63,009 bases of DNA, filler included, from Globobulimina sp. (GCA_003354225.1; 20 parts of 20 records of this genome joined end to end with filler, not necessarily neighbours in it), one strand, 5' to 3'. Counted from the first letter of the whole stretch, positions 22,678 through 34,619 are shown. Program-made: numbers and translations. Notes: generated by a model not told the origin, from the letters alone.

Positions 22678-24735
22678 TTCTCATCAGATTATAACGATGC
22701 TGGTGTTGAACGAATTGACCATATCCAAATGTTGCAAAGTACACAATTTGCAGAGGATGCGGGGCCAATGGCACATGCGGTGCGACCAGACGAATATATT
22801 GAAATTAATAATTTTTATACAGTCACTGTATACGAAAAAGGTGCGGAAATCGTGAGAATGATCCAAACCATGATTGGCAGACAAGATTTCGAAAAGGGAT
22901 TAAATTTATATTTATCCAAATATGATGGCCAAGCATGTACAATCGAAGATTTTCTGAGCTGTATGCAAGAGATCAGTCAGTTTGATTTATCTCAATTGTT
23001 ATCGTCGTGGTACAGTCAGGCCGGGACGCCCGAAATAAGTATAAATACACAGTACAACGCCACAAATAAGACATATACCATTCACTTAACGCAAAATAAC
23101 GCAAATGCGAAGAGCAAAAATGCATATTTAATACCATTGAAATTGAGTTTATTGAATGCGAAAATGGATGGAAATCATACCGTTGCTTGTGAACTGATAT
23201 TAGATAATTCAAAAAAGAATGGTCCGATATCCCGGACATTGCTGCTATCGGAGCGGGAGCAGTCGTATACTTTTCATGACATCGCATCTGAGCCATTATT
23301 GTCAATCAATCGTAACTTTTCTGCGCCGGTTTACATTCAGCATGCGGTCTCCATGCAAGATTTAAATGTATTGGCTGTGAAAGACAGCGATGCATTCAAT
23401 CGATGGAGTGCCTGTAATAAATTATTATCCATTGCAATTTTGAAGCATTATCAAAATAAAAGCAGTGGGAATGAGCATGAGTTGAATCCATTCGTTGAGG
23501 ACACATTTAAGCGATTATTACAGCGGTTCATTCCCGAAAAAAGTAAACAAGAATGGAAATTAGAACAGGATGCAAATAAAAGAAAACAAATATTGCGCGA
23601 GAATCGGAGAAACAAACAAGAAGAAAAAATCAAACACCAGTTTTTATTAAACGAGAATGAAATTATACGCGATGAAGAATATTCTTATTACAAAGCTCAA
23701 GATTTAAGGTAGGTATCATTTTTGAGTGAAAACTCTTTTACAGTCAAATGTCTGTTGCTTGTTAGTGACGATAAGTTTATTCAAGACTTGATTGGCGACA
23801 CTCAAAGAGACAAAGACAAGTCGTCGAAGAAAATAGTTCGAAATGCATTGCTAAGCTCGCGTTTATTGTGTCTGCCGTCATTTAATTATTTATTTGGTTT
23901 GTTAGCGTCAGATGGTGAGTGTGGCGGCGTTGATCCTGAACATTTGTCGGATTGCATTGAAAGTTTGAAAAGTCAGATTGGCTGCAAATTGTACCCGCAA
24001 TTAATAAATAGTTACAATTGGAGTCGTGACCAACTTTCAATGCTATCATTGTATCCAAATTACAATGAGACGTATTGCGGATGGCGGAAAGGCAGAGATT
24101 ATCGGAGTTTGTTGAACCAATGTTTGTATTTTGTGATGCAAGCAAATGAAAAGAAAACGTATCAACAAAATGTGCAGTCTTCGCAGATATTATTCGAGCA
24201 ATATCAATTAAGTCGGAACATGACGGAAATGTTTGGTGCCTTAAATGCGTTATGTAACTGCAACAGAAATGACATTCAACACGAAAAGGAAGAGATTTTG
24301 CGGCATTTTTATAGGCATTTTGTGGGCGAAAAGTTAGTGATTCAGAAATGGTTCCGATTGCAAGCGAGTTCCTGCGGCGACAGCAATATTTTGAACACTA
24401 TGAATAATTTGGTGAATGACGAATGTTTCGAGAGACTGAATCCAAACTTTGTGTATTCAGTGATTGGAGCCTTTGCCTATGCGAATCCAAAAGGGTTTCA
24501 TCAGGCAAATGGCGATGGATATAAGTTTGTGGCGGAGCAAATATTGTATTATGATGCAATAAATGCTTCCGTGGCAGCCAGACTCTGCAAAGCATTCGGA
24601 AATGCAAACAAATTGGATAGAAATAGACAAGTTGGCATCTACAATGAGTTGGAAAAAATAGTAAGAAAGCAAGCATTGTCCAAAGGCACTTACGAAGTGA
24701 CTCACAAAATTATAGACTCCATTCAATTGCCATAA
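22678..24735 (+). CDS. Aminopeptidase N (M1, PepN type with DUF3458 C-terminus), lacking the catalytic N-terminal part; intron 23709-23765
   Basis: EFSSD...QFAEDAGPMAHAVRP...INNFYTVTVYEKGAEIVRM, WYSQAGTP, SINRNFSAPV, DSDAFNRW, KWFRLQA, NPNFVYSVIGAF, GDGYKFVA. A 57-nt GT-AG intron joins the two ORFs in frame. Confidence 0.93.
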
Positions 24736-25572
24736 TAATATTTATTCCTTCATTTTTATTGCAGTGGTCAGAGTCGATGTGATTTATCGTATTAAATTAA
24801 ATCACGTTGAAATAGTAAACGATACAATGATTACTCTCATTGCAAAAGTTACACACAAATGATGAATTATTGATATTTTTGATTATAATGAAAAGTATTT
24901 TTGATTATAATGCTTTTTTTGATTGGTTTCATGGGAAAAAAACTCTAATTTATATATACTGATCATTGATCTCATTGGTACGTTGTTGTTACAGTATATC
25001 ACACAAATACAAGTTGTTTATTGTGCCATCCATACATTTCTTTGTGTTGCGCGAATAAACGTTTTGCAGCATTCAATATTTGTTGGTGATATTCGTCAAT
25101 TTGCAGTTGTGTGGGATTACAAATTGGTTTATTTTCATATTTATTTTTAACAATTGGNNNNNNNNNNNNNNNNNNNNNNNNNNNNNNNNNNNNNNNNNNN
25201 NTTAATTAATTAANNNNNNNNNNNNNNNNNNNNNNNNNNNNNNNNNNNNNNNNNNNNACACAGTCTCCATGCCTCACAGCTGTGGAGTCTGAGATTGGCT
25301 ATTTAAATTGAAATTAGTTACAAACATAATTAAAACACAAAATCTTGTAATCAAAAAGTATAGAAACGAATTCCTATTTAACATGTCACTTTGTCACAAC
25401 TTTTGACTCGTGGGAATAAATGTGGGAAAAAATGTGAGAAACAATTTTTTTTTCTCTACTGCGGGTGACACGAGTTCAACAAAATCCAATATGCCAAAAT
25501 GATGAAAATACCGGTTTGCTTCACCCATTGTTATCTAAATTCAAAGGATTGTTTACTACGAAGCAAAAAAAA

Positions 25573-26124
25573 ATGAATCATCAACAAGTGGAGCAAAGTT
25601 GGATAAGTACAAATAAGTGCAAAGCATGGCGATTGATGGATTCGGATAAATATCAGTTTGCATTATTGCTAAAACGAGAACACGTCAATCACAAAAATAA
25701 ACACAAATTAGAATGTGAAGGATATTTTTGGGAACCGATAGAAAATTGGAAAAAAATTAGAAATTTTTCATTTAATTCAATCCCTCACTCATTTACAAAA
25801 ATGCAAAGCATTCAAGAATTACTATCCATTAAATCAATTCCTATGATTGAAAGGACATCATTTAATATGATAAATAAATCAACATATTGGAATGTATGGG
25901 AAAGACCGGACCGGCGAACGGCAATATATCCAATGGACATTCAACTGAGAGCATTTCATGATGCAATAAAAGAATATATATTATTCTTAAAACCATTCAG
26001 TGAATTATTTGAAGAGCCAATTGATTTAGTAACAATGAAAATGCATGTTTGTTCACTTTATGGTGAATCATTTTATAAAGTGCATGAGCTTTATATCAAG
26101 GATCTCATTAGATTGTACAAATAA
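25573..26124 (+). CDS. Hypothetical protein (unrecognised)
   Basis: ATG at 25573 within a 219-codon open frame; Trp-rich; no motif recognised. Confidence 0.5.
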   Translation: MNHQQVEQSWISTNKCKAWRLMDSDKYQFALLLKREHVNHKNKHKLECEGYFWEPIENWKKIRNFSFNSIPHSFTKMQSIQELLSIKSIPMIERTSFNMINKSTYWNVWERPDRRTAIYPMDIQLRAFHDAIKEYILFLKPFSELFEEPIDLVTMKMHVCSLYGESFYKVHELYIKDLIRLYK

Positions 26125-26204
26125 GTGGCATATTTAAAGTGTTGTTTTTTGACTATTTACCCTGCAAGCATCATTTAGTTGATCATCAATATTTTTCATG
26201 TACT

Positions 26205-26390
26205 GAGCGCTTTGTTCGTTGGTTGGACATATATCCAATCAGTAAACATATGCATTTTAGACATTTGTCCTGTCATAGATATCGACACAGGATTTAAGAC
26301 TAAATTTCAGCACATCAAAAACAATGGTTACAATAATGTGCAAAAATAAATTACGCATTTTGTTACTTACCTTCACCACAACGACAGACA
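26205..26390. repeat. Diverged direct repeat, copy 1 (copy 2 at about 28076-28245)
   Basis: gagcgc.tttgttcgttg.ttggacatatatccaa...atgcattt...ttgtcc...gatat.gacac.ggatttaa.actaaatttca...caccacaac occurs in both places in the same orientation. Confidence 0.85.
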
Positions 26391-26796
26391 TTCTGTTCCT
26401 TTCAGTAATACATGTGTGTCCATATATATGTGCAAGGATAAATATTCTACCGACCACACCGACCTCCACGACCACCAGATCTATGACCTTTCCAAAAACA
26501 AAAACGATGCGTGGTACTTGTTCAATGCTATCAGTCATCCGGCTCAACGCTCAGTCATCCGTTTGTTGTTTCCTCATATTGTTTATATAAGCTCAAAACA
26601 TAAGTGCCAAAAAATAAACATAAACGAACACATACATTCTGATTAAAGTGAGCTATCTGATGTTGACTTGCATTGGATACCAAATTCCAGAATTCTGGTT
26701 AGTTGCTGCCAACTACAGATTTGACTTTTTGGGCTAGCATCGTTTCGTTTCGTTTCAACGATTAGCAAGGTTTTATGTTAACTTGAGTGGTGTCAA

Positions 26797-26932
26797 AGCC
26801 TTAATTATAATTTGTGAGCCTTAAATTATGGCTTGTGAGCCTTAATTATGACTTGTGAGCATTAATTATGACTTGTGAGCCTTAATTATGACTTGTGAGC
26901 CTTAAATGTGACTTGTTAGCCTTAATTATGAA
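26797..26932. repeat. Minisatellite, 20-bp unit GCCTTAATTATGACTTGTGA, about 6.5 copies
   Basis: Directly visible tandem units with single-base variants. Confidence 0.93.
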
Positions 26933-26969
26933 AATGATATAAATGTGATTGTTACTGCAAACACATGGA

Positions 26970-28010
26970 TTATTGCTTTGTACGATTCTTTTTTCTCCAT
27001 TGGAAATTTATTACTTTTTTGGCAACAATAGGTGGCACAAAATGTTTCCATTTAGAAGCGCCTTTACCACCAAATAAAATTATATCTCCTGGATATCTCC
27101 TGATGGTTAAGCCATTATAAACAGGAGTTTTTACATCACCTGCCCATCCAAGACAACTCATAGCAAACATATATTTATCCAATGGTTCATGATACAATGA
27201 CGCAGTTGCAATTAATTCATGATGAAAACCATATGACTTTCCAACTCCACCAACATCCTTGTGTACACACAATGATGCACCGCAACAATAACATATAGCG
27301 TTATTAGCAATCATTTCAAATCCCTGTCCGTACCATTTCGGAGTTATCTCAAAACCTTCGGCAATGCCAATGTCGTTTAATTTATTCGTTAATTCATAAT
27401 GTTTTTGTAATAAACGATCGGAATCATGCGCTCCAACAAACATATCTTTCTCCACTGTGAACGGAGAATTCCATGTTTTTGTTTTTTCTCCTAAACATAC
27501 TCCCCACGATACATTATAATTCATATGAAATCTCCATTGCGACGCATGTGATCCTACTTTCATTGGATCGTACCATTTGAAATATAAATCTTTGCCCATT
27601 GCTTTATAATATTTGTATGGTTTTAATATTTTCTCTTTACAAAAATATTCATAATTTTGTAAAGGAATAAAATCCATTACTTGCACAACTTTTAAATCCT
27701 GAAAAGTATACACTTGCACTGTTTTTTTATCCGATGAATTATTTGTATATTTATATTCTTTTTCTTCAAATATTTGCGTGTCAAATTTATATTGTTCGAA
27801 TGTTGTTGGGGCAGATATATATGCGTCCTTTTCTGACTCAGTCCAATCTTTATTTGATTTTTCAGTCCATAGGCCATACACTGTTTGATTTTGATCGGAA
27901 AAAAATGCCAATTTCAAACTATCATATTTTGCTTCTAATTTAATAGGACCCGCTCTGTCTGGCGTAATATTTTCAGTTTGTGCAGTTTTGGCCATGCATA
28001 AAAAACACAA
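26970..28010 (-). CDS. AlkB-like Fe(II)/2OG dioxygenase domain protein
   Basis: ANNAICY...CVHKD (HxD), LIATASL, PGDIILFGG, WKHFVPP (distal His), VINFQWR. The frame continues upstream as CYCPLDIRHGLCFLC after an acceptor-like acacag, so the 5' end is uncertain. Confidence 0.72.
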   Translation of the reverse strand: MCFLCMAKTAQTENITPDRAGPIKLEAKYDSLKLAFFSDQNQTVYGLWTEKSNKDWTESEKDAYISAPTTFEQYKFDTQIFEEKEYKYTNNSSDKKTVQVYTFQDLKVVQVMDFIPLQNYEYFCKEKILKPYKYYKAMGKDLYFKWYDPMKVGSHASQWRFHMNYNVSWGVCLGEKTKTWNSPFTVEKDMFVGAHDSDRLLQKHYELTNKLNDIGIAEGFEITPKWYGQGFEMIANNAICYCCGASLCVHKDVGGVGKSYGFHHELIATASLYHEPLDKYMFAMSCLGWAGDVKTPVYNGLTIRRYPGDIILFGGKGASKWKHFVPPIVAKKVINFQWRKKNRTKQ

Positions 28011-28075
28011 TCCATGCCGAATATCAAGAGGACAATAGCACTGTGTTTATGTTTTCAAACATTTTTTGATGTCAT

Positions 28076-28245
28076 GAGCGCGTTTTGTTCGTTGTTTGGA
28101 CATATATCCAAGCAGTGAACTATGCATTTAGTACTTGTCCGGCAATCGATATTGACACCGGATTTAACACTAAATTTCACAACTTAAAAAATGGTTGATC
28201 ACAAAAATACACATTTCGTTACATGCCTCACCACAACTTACACAT
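28076..28245. repeat. Diverged direct repeat, copy 2
   Basis: Aligns by eye with 26205-26390. Confidence 0.85.
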
Positions 28246-28521
28246 TTTTGCGAAGGCAAAATTGTTTTAAAAAATTCACCACAGCCATGACAAAGTTTCT
28301 GTTGATATCTTCGNNNNNNNNNNNNNNNNNNNNNNNNNNNNNNNNNNNNNNNNNNNNTTAATTAATTAANNNNNNNNNNNNNNNNNNNNNNNNNNNNNNN
28401 NNNNNNNNNNNNNATTGTAATTTTTTTGGTTTGCTATTCCGTACCACGTTTTATCACCAAATACTCGAACGTTTTATAAACGAAAAATAAACAACGAACT
28501 AGTGCAAAATGGACACACAAC

Positions 28522-29180
28522 TTAAATAGCGTTGGGTGGCTGTTGTATTATGTGTTTATTTAAATGATACCACGCATTAATATCATCTTTGGCGCGTGGA
28601 TTAATGTCAATGTGTAATACTTTGAAATATTTATCTTTGATTTTTTGGATAAACGTTTTTGACTCTGTTTGAGGTGCCATATCTTCTGTGAATTCAACTG
28701 AACCTTTAACCACTTGTGGTGTTGTGTTGTTTTGTTCAATTACGTATAGAATAATACAAATTAATAATGAACAGATTAAAAACATTATTCCAACCAACAG
28801 TAAATAAACTAAAAATGGAAATTCTGTGTTGGAATGCTGCTGTTGTGGAGAGAATTGTTCACTGTGATTAACATTTGTTCCATTGCATGCGACCAACAAC
28901 GGTGTAGATCCATTAATATTTCGTTGCGATGCTAACAAAATTGGTGAGTATGGAGCCGGACTTATACAACTCTTAATGTTTCCAGATCTTTCAATATCCA
29001 TACCATCATCAATCGAGTCATTAACTAGTCTCATTTGTCTAAAATTATCTGAATTAACAGTTAAAACTACAATCAAATAATTTATGTGTATAAAATATTA
29101 TTACCTGGATTATATCCATTGGCTCTCAACCATGTATCAACTGGCGGACAAACTGGTTCCCAACTCGAATCATACGCCAT
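28522..29180 (-). CDS. Single-pass membrane hypothetical protein (2 exons)
   Basis: ATG at 29180, donor at 29104, in-phase acceptors near 29050-29067; TM segment FLVYLLLVGIMFLICSLLICIILYVI. Confidence 0.55.
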
Positions 29181-29290
29181 GTTGATGTTTAATTGCAGTT
29201 TTTTTGTTTTTTTTTACTTTAACTGAATGAGCTCCTCAACTTACCACTGATATATAATATATCATCTAATCAACCTACAAATCATTCATC

Positions 29291-31188
29291 ATGAATGTAA
29301 TGAGTAGTGTGCAATATCAAAACAAGAAAGTCCAAGAACCAATATACGAATTGGATGTAACTGTACCGACACCCGATTTAAATGAAGATACCATGTATTC
29401 CTCCAACTTGACCTTTATAAACATATCTGAAGGATTAAATAAATTAATTCAAGAAAAAATAAAATACGCTCAACAACATTTCATCCTCCAAATGACAACA
29501 AAAAACAAAGACGTCCAGGCACATAAAAACTTGCTACGCCAATTAGAGAAAGATGGCTTATCCGTAATCCCCGCCATTGATGCAAACGAAGAGTACGATA
29601 GCATTGAATTTAAATCCTGTGGCGATATCAACAAAGACTTACAAAACATCACTACCAAAACCATCCAGTCCCAAACCCAGCTATTCGAATTAGATCAGAA
29701 TTATTACCCAATCCATAACGAAATAAAAGTGTGCTTTCTTGCTTTATTCCTATGTGCTTTTGTATAGTGCCATGAAATCGACCTAATTTATATATCCTTG
29801 CACAGAAACTACAATCAGTGAAGCACGAATTGGATGAATTCACCGATAATTACAAAATCCAGCTATCGCAATTAAACCGCGTACTGCAACGAATTGGGAA
29901 ATATATCCAAGACAACAAAACCTCCAAAGACAGCACCAACGAAGCCATCAAAGCCACGCAATCCCAGCAAGCTTTGATGGTGAATAAAATCAGCGAAAAA
30001 ATCAACCAAATCCAGACCAAAATGAAAAAACTACAAGAAAACGACAGTGACCACTATAAAATCAAAAAATATGGCGAGTTCCTACGTGGTTTACAAGAGT
30101 TTTTGTTTGGTTTATCCAAATTATCGCAGAGCTCTGAGAGCAAAATACAACATTTAGACAACGTGGTGACGCAATTAATTGAGCAACGCGCCGATATCAA
30201 CAAAGAAATTCGCAATTTAAAAGAAAACGCCATTCAGAAATTGAAAACGATCCGAAACGAATATTTAAAAACAAAAACATCCAAATTTGACCAGGACTTT
30301 GCTGCAGTACAAGCCGAGGATGACTGTGACATAAAACATAATGACTTTAATAACATAACTTTGCCTTCGTATAAGGACAAGGCCAACACACGGAGCACAA
30401 TGGTGGGCGTATTGCATGGGAGGGAGAGATATATGAACACCATTTATAAGAAAATACATGACTTAGAAAGCAGGGCATTGACTACTTCGAGCACGGATTA
30501 CCTTCATTCTTTGACCGAAATCAGAGAGTTGCAACTCATTTTCAATGATACTAAATTGCGCTATTTCTATAATAAGTTTGTGAGTTCTTGCAATGAGGTA
30601 TTCAATGACTGCTGTTTGGCGTTTCAGGCTATATTGGAATATACGGCGGAGATAAACTCGCCGATCATCACGCAGTTGAAAGGGGTGCAATTGCTAAATT
30701 CTGTGATTCAAAATAGACAAAGTCCGCAAAGTTCTACGCAAGAACAGTTGGAGATTGTGGTTGATTTTGTGCAGTCTTTGCCGGATCGAGAGATTGTTAT
30801 CATGCAAGTGGCGCGATACTTGTCCACGTCGTTGCCGTTTCGAGCGTTTATTTTAGGGATTAAAAAAAGGAAATATAGGAATGTGCATTTTGTGAATGAT
30901 CAGACTGAGGACGAGAAGTTGGTGAAACAGGAAGAGAAAGAGTCTGAGTCTATATATGGCGATAATGATTCGCAAAGAGCGAGAGACGCAAAACAGTTTG
31001 TCAAAATTGATGGTTTTGTGATGAGCAAAATAAGGGAATGGATGGGCTCTATATTGCAGATCTATGGGAATAACGCATTTAATTCGGTCAAGATTGCGCT
31101 GGAGAATGATGTGGTGGCGCATGTGAGACCTAGTAATGCGGCGAAATTGATTGTGAATTGTGTTTATGGTTTGGATGTGTCGTGGTGA
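29291..31188 (+). CDS. Long coiled-coil hypothetical protein (intron 29729-29805)
   Basis: A phase-0 GT-AG intron of 77 nt joins the 158 aa and 456 aa ORFs. Heptad-rich Q/E/K/L composition. Confidence 0.7.
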
Positions 31189-31635
31189 ATGTACATGTAT
31201 TTAAATATGTGATTATTGTGTTTTTTTTTTGTTGTGCATGTAAATTTCGAATATTACGCTTTTAAAAACAGATTATATTTTCTACTCTATCAGCAATCCG
31301 TTATGGACACAAGATACTAATCCAAAAATACACAACGAATAAAAATGAGAATGTGCGATCATAAAAACACTTGTTTTAATGTTTTTAGCATTGCACTGTA
31401 AACAATTTGTTTTTAAATGTGTTTAAGATATAACTTTGAAAGTTGTTTCAAATGTTGTTGATTGTATTNNNNNNNNNNNNNNNNNNNNNNNNNNNNNNNN
31501 NNNNNNNNNNNNTTAATTAATTAANNNNNNNNNNNNNNNNNNNNNNNNNNNNNNNNNNNNNNNNNNNNTATGCTCTCGTATATCTTCCATATGATATTCT
31601 GGATGGATACTGGACGTAAGCCCTTGACTACTCCA

Positions 31636-31780
31636 TTGGATATAAAGTAAATGGGATTGATCAAGGAATTGCTTTTAGGAATCTACAGTTAGCAAAAACA
31701 TATTATTTGGTTGTTAGAATGCATTCAATATTGGGAGATAGCATTTTTTTAAATGATTGTAATGAATTCGAAAGTGAATA
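31636..31780 (+). CDS. C-terminal fragment of a SPRY-like paralog of 18304-18845
   Basis: GYKVNGIDQGIAFRNLQLAKTYYLVVRMHSILGDSI versus GYSVNGIDQGIAFRNIQLAKTYYLVVIMYTFFKGDSI; DNA near-identical over about 70 bp. Confidence 0.7.
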
Positions 31781-32217
31781 GAAAGAAAATAAACCACAAA
31801 TGACTTAATGATATATGCCATTGGATAACACCCCCTTTGCATTCGTTCCATTCAATTATAAATTTGTTCTGGATTTGCAAACCGTTTCTCTATTTACCGT
31901 GGATCGTCGGGTCGCCCAGTCTTCAATCAATAATTTCATCAAAAACATCTTCTCCTCACACCATATAAGGGATGACCTAAACATTTCAGTAGTCTGCATA
32001 GCAAACATATACGACTAAACGTTGAATATTGTTCGGATTTCAACGTTTAATATCACGTTTGATACCAAACGTATCAATACTTGTGAACCCTAACGTTTCT
32101 CATCAAACGTTATTGATTGACTTAATCGAGCGTTTTTCATCGAGCGTTTGATACAAACAATACACGTAAAGCATCATAGCAAAACAATTTATATCGGATC
32201 GTTTAATACATATAACA

Positions 32218-33007
32218 ATGAGAAATTTCCCTTCATTGGTCATGGCAGTATTGACAGTAACAACAATGTGGTTTGTTCTACCAAGTAAATGATATAAATT
32301 TAAATTAAATTATATTGCATATTTTATGATCGATATTTAGTGGCGCAAAAACAACATTTGATTGTTCCGCAAAAGATTCGTGCAAAGACCAAACGTTAAC
32401 ATGCGGATCTGGTGCCTGTATCGTTAATTGTTTTGGTGAAGGTTCCTGTTCAGGAAACACTTTAATTGACGGAAGTGGAGCTACCACTGTCACCGTGACA
32501 TGTGGTGATGGTAAGGATGCATGTAAAGGAAATACGAAAATATTAGGTGGCAGTGGTGCATTTACGGTTTATTGTACCGGTGGCTGTGCCCAAAAAACCT
32601 GTGAGGACACACAATTTGTTTCGTTGCCAGATTCTAGTGTGTCATGCAGCGGCTGTTGTCGGTTAAGTGGTGGAAATAGTAATTCCGCGGATCTTTCCGG
32701 TGATAGCAATTCGCAGAGTGCAGACAGTGCAGCGAGTGCTGAAGGTGTAGAGAATGTGGCTGATACAGCAGGATATGCAGAAGCTGGCGGTGTATCTGCA
32801 GCTGATGGATTTAAAATGACTTATGCTGGGATTGGAGTGATGGTCGGATTTCTTTTGGGCTGTTTATTTGTGTCGATTGGTATGTGGTGTTTTTTGGCAC
32901 ATAAAAAAGAGAGAAAAGGCAGTGCCAATTATGAAGAAGTTGAAGCAGAAAATGAAGCAGAAAATGAAAACGAAACTGTTGGGATGAATCAAACAAATCA
33001 AATTTAA
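32218..33007 (+). CDS. Cys/Gly-rich type I membrane surface protein (signal exon + intron ending at 32340)
   Basis: MRNFPSLVMAVLTVTT signal; spliced frame FDCSAKDSCKDQTLTCGSGACIVNCFGEGSC...; Ser/Ala stalk; TM GIGVMVGFLLGCLFVSIGMWCFLA; acidic tail. Confidence 0.75.
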
Positions 33008-33386
33008 TTAATCATTTATTTTATCATTGTCATGCAATATTAAAATGCAACAAAAATATACTTTTTAGATGGTTGCTTTTTGTATGAATTTAATTAAATA
33101 AGTTATTGTGTGTGTTTTTATTTGCTTGTTATTATTTGTGTATTATAAACATTGAAAAGTGAACCAATTCAGTCACGACTAAAATCATTTTAGTCAAGAA
33201 TGACGGAATTCTTTTTAGTCAGATAAATAATTTTAGTCAAAGTTTCGTCTGCCAACTTGTGTGAGATACAGCAATATAATATTAATAGTAATAAAATTTG
33301 GATTTAATGTCTGTTGGATTTAATGTCTGTTTTTTTTAAGGAGTTATTATTTGGATAGTGTAGGAGCAAAAACTTTATTTTTCACA

Positions 33387-34330
33387 ATGGCATTTCTTGC
33401 TTCTATAAAAAAAAGGTCAGATCTCAGAGCAAAAGGTGTAGCTCTTGAAGCAGACGATCGTGATCCCACCACAGTACACGATATACCATGGATTGGTGAA
33501 TTACATCCACAACGATTCACGACATTAGCATCCGGAGGGAAATGGATGTTATTTTGTTCACTAAACAAACTGGTCCCAACGTGGAGAAAGTGTCAAAAAT
33601 TATACAGAGAGAATAAATTATCGGGCGTAGCAAATATGAAAGTCTCAACAGCCAATGATTACCATTCATCATCTATGGGTGTCATCATATTATATTGCGG
33701 TCCAACTGACAATGAAGCAGTCTGCAAAGAAATTGGTCAAACCATATTACAAGAAACCGGCTACACCAATGCATCCAAAAAAATGTTCTATAAAACAGAC
33801 CTACAAACATTAAAAGGTGGCATCGGAAGACATAAATATATGTTAAATATCCCACAGACAAACTTTGATAACTTACAAAAACAGAGAATCAGTGACGAGA
33901 ACAAACAAAACGTTGCCAATAACATTAACAGACGTAAACCCCCAAAGAATTTATTAGCTCAAATAACTAAACAGAAAAGAAAGAAAAAGAAAGCATTTAC
34001 GACTCGCGTTCGAACCAAAGATGGCAAAATATTCAAAGAGACAATAAACGCGGACGGCACTGTCCGCAGAGAGTTGGAAGGACAGGAAGTTCTGCCTCGG
34101 TATTTACAGCAACACGACGCTAAAACTAAAGTTTTGCCGTCCTATGTGTACAGTGATACTGCTCGGAGATGGCTAAAAGCATCAAATGATAACGATGATG
34201 AAAAACAAAGTGAATCCAATATTGATATTAAAGAATTAACGATTTTAAGTTATAACATATGGTTTGCAGATAGACAGTGGCAAGAAAGACAGGAAAAATT
34301 GTTGTCAATGATGCAGGAAATAAATCCGGG
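33387..34330 (+). CDS. DUF1917/Bles03 (eIF4E-like fold) fused to the start of a TDP2-like EEP phosphodiesterase; 3' end lost
   Basis: GGKWMLF...W...MKVST...GVIILYCGP...FYKTDLQT.KG (DUF1917 pattern), then LTILSYNIWF...ERQEKLLSMMQEINP (first EEP motif) in the same ORF. Confidence 0.7.
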
Positions 34331-34418
34331 TTTGTTTTGTATCCCTAAAATCCCGCTTAGATCATCATGTGCAACACGTCGACATACTGAAGCATCGCGT
34401 CCTGTCGCTTGACGCGCG

Positions 34419-34619
34419 TCACCTTGCCCGGACATCGCGCAACGAGTCCTCAAGATCCGCGTACAGGCGGGCACGTTCCACGGCCAGTGTCGCCTGGTGG
34501 GCGAATAGCTCGAGACTACGTAGATCGTCGTCGGAAATGCCGCGTCCGGTAATGGCGTTGTCCGCGATGATGACGACCTCGACCCGGTCGTTGAAGATGA
34601 GAGGTACCGCAGCGAACGA
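34419..34619 (-). CDS. Bacterial GAF-domain C-terminal fragment (GC-rich)
   Basis: Not in the ORF track. The minus frame reads SFAAVPLIFNDRVEVVIIADNAITGRGISDDDLRSLELFAHQATLAVERARLYADLEDSLRDVRAR*. Abrupt GC rise from about 34390. Confidence 0.85.
   Translation of the reverse strand, partial: SFAAVPLIFNDRVEVVIIADNAITGRGISDDDLRSLELFAHQATLAVERARLYADLEDSLRDVRAR

Noticed and set aside
20187-24735. Split AKR, P450, PepN and RNF213 ORFs as pseudogenes, programmed frameshifts or stop-codon reassignment
   Set aside because: Canonical short GT-AG introns restore the frames where I checked (AKR, P450, PepN), and conserved genes end at ordinary TAA or TGA stops.
26797-26932. CRISPR array
   Set aside because: Units are head-to-tail with no unique spacers, and no cas genes are present. 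It is a minisatellite.
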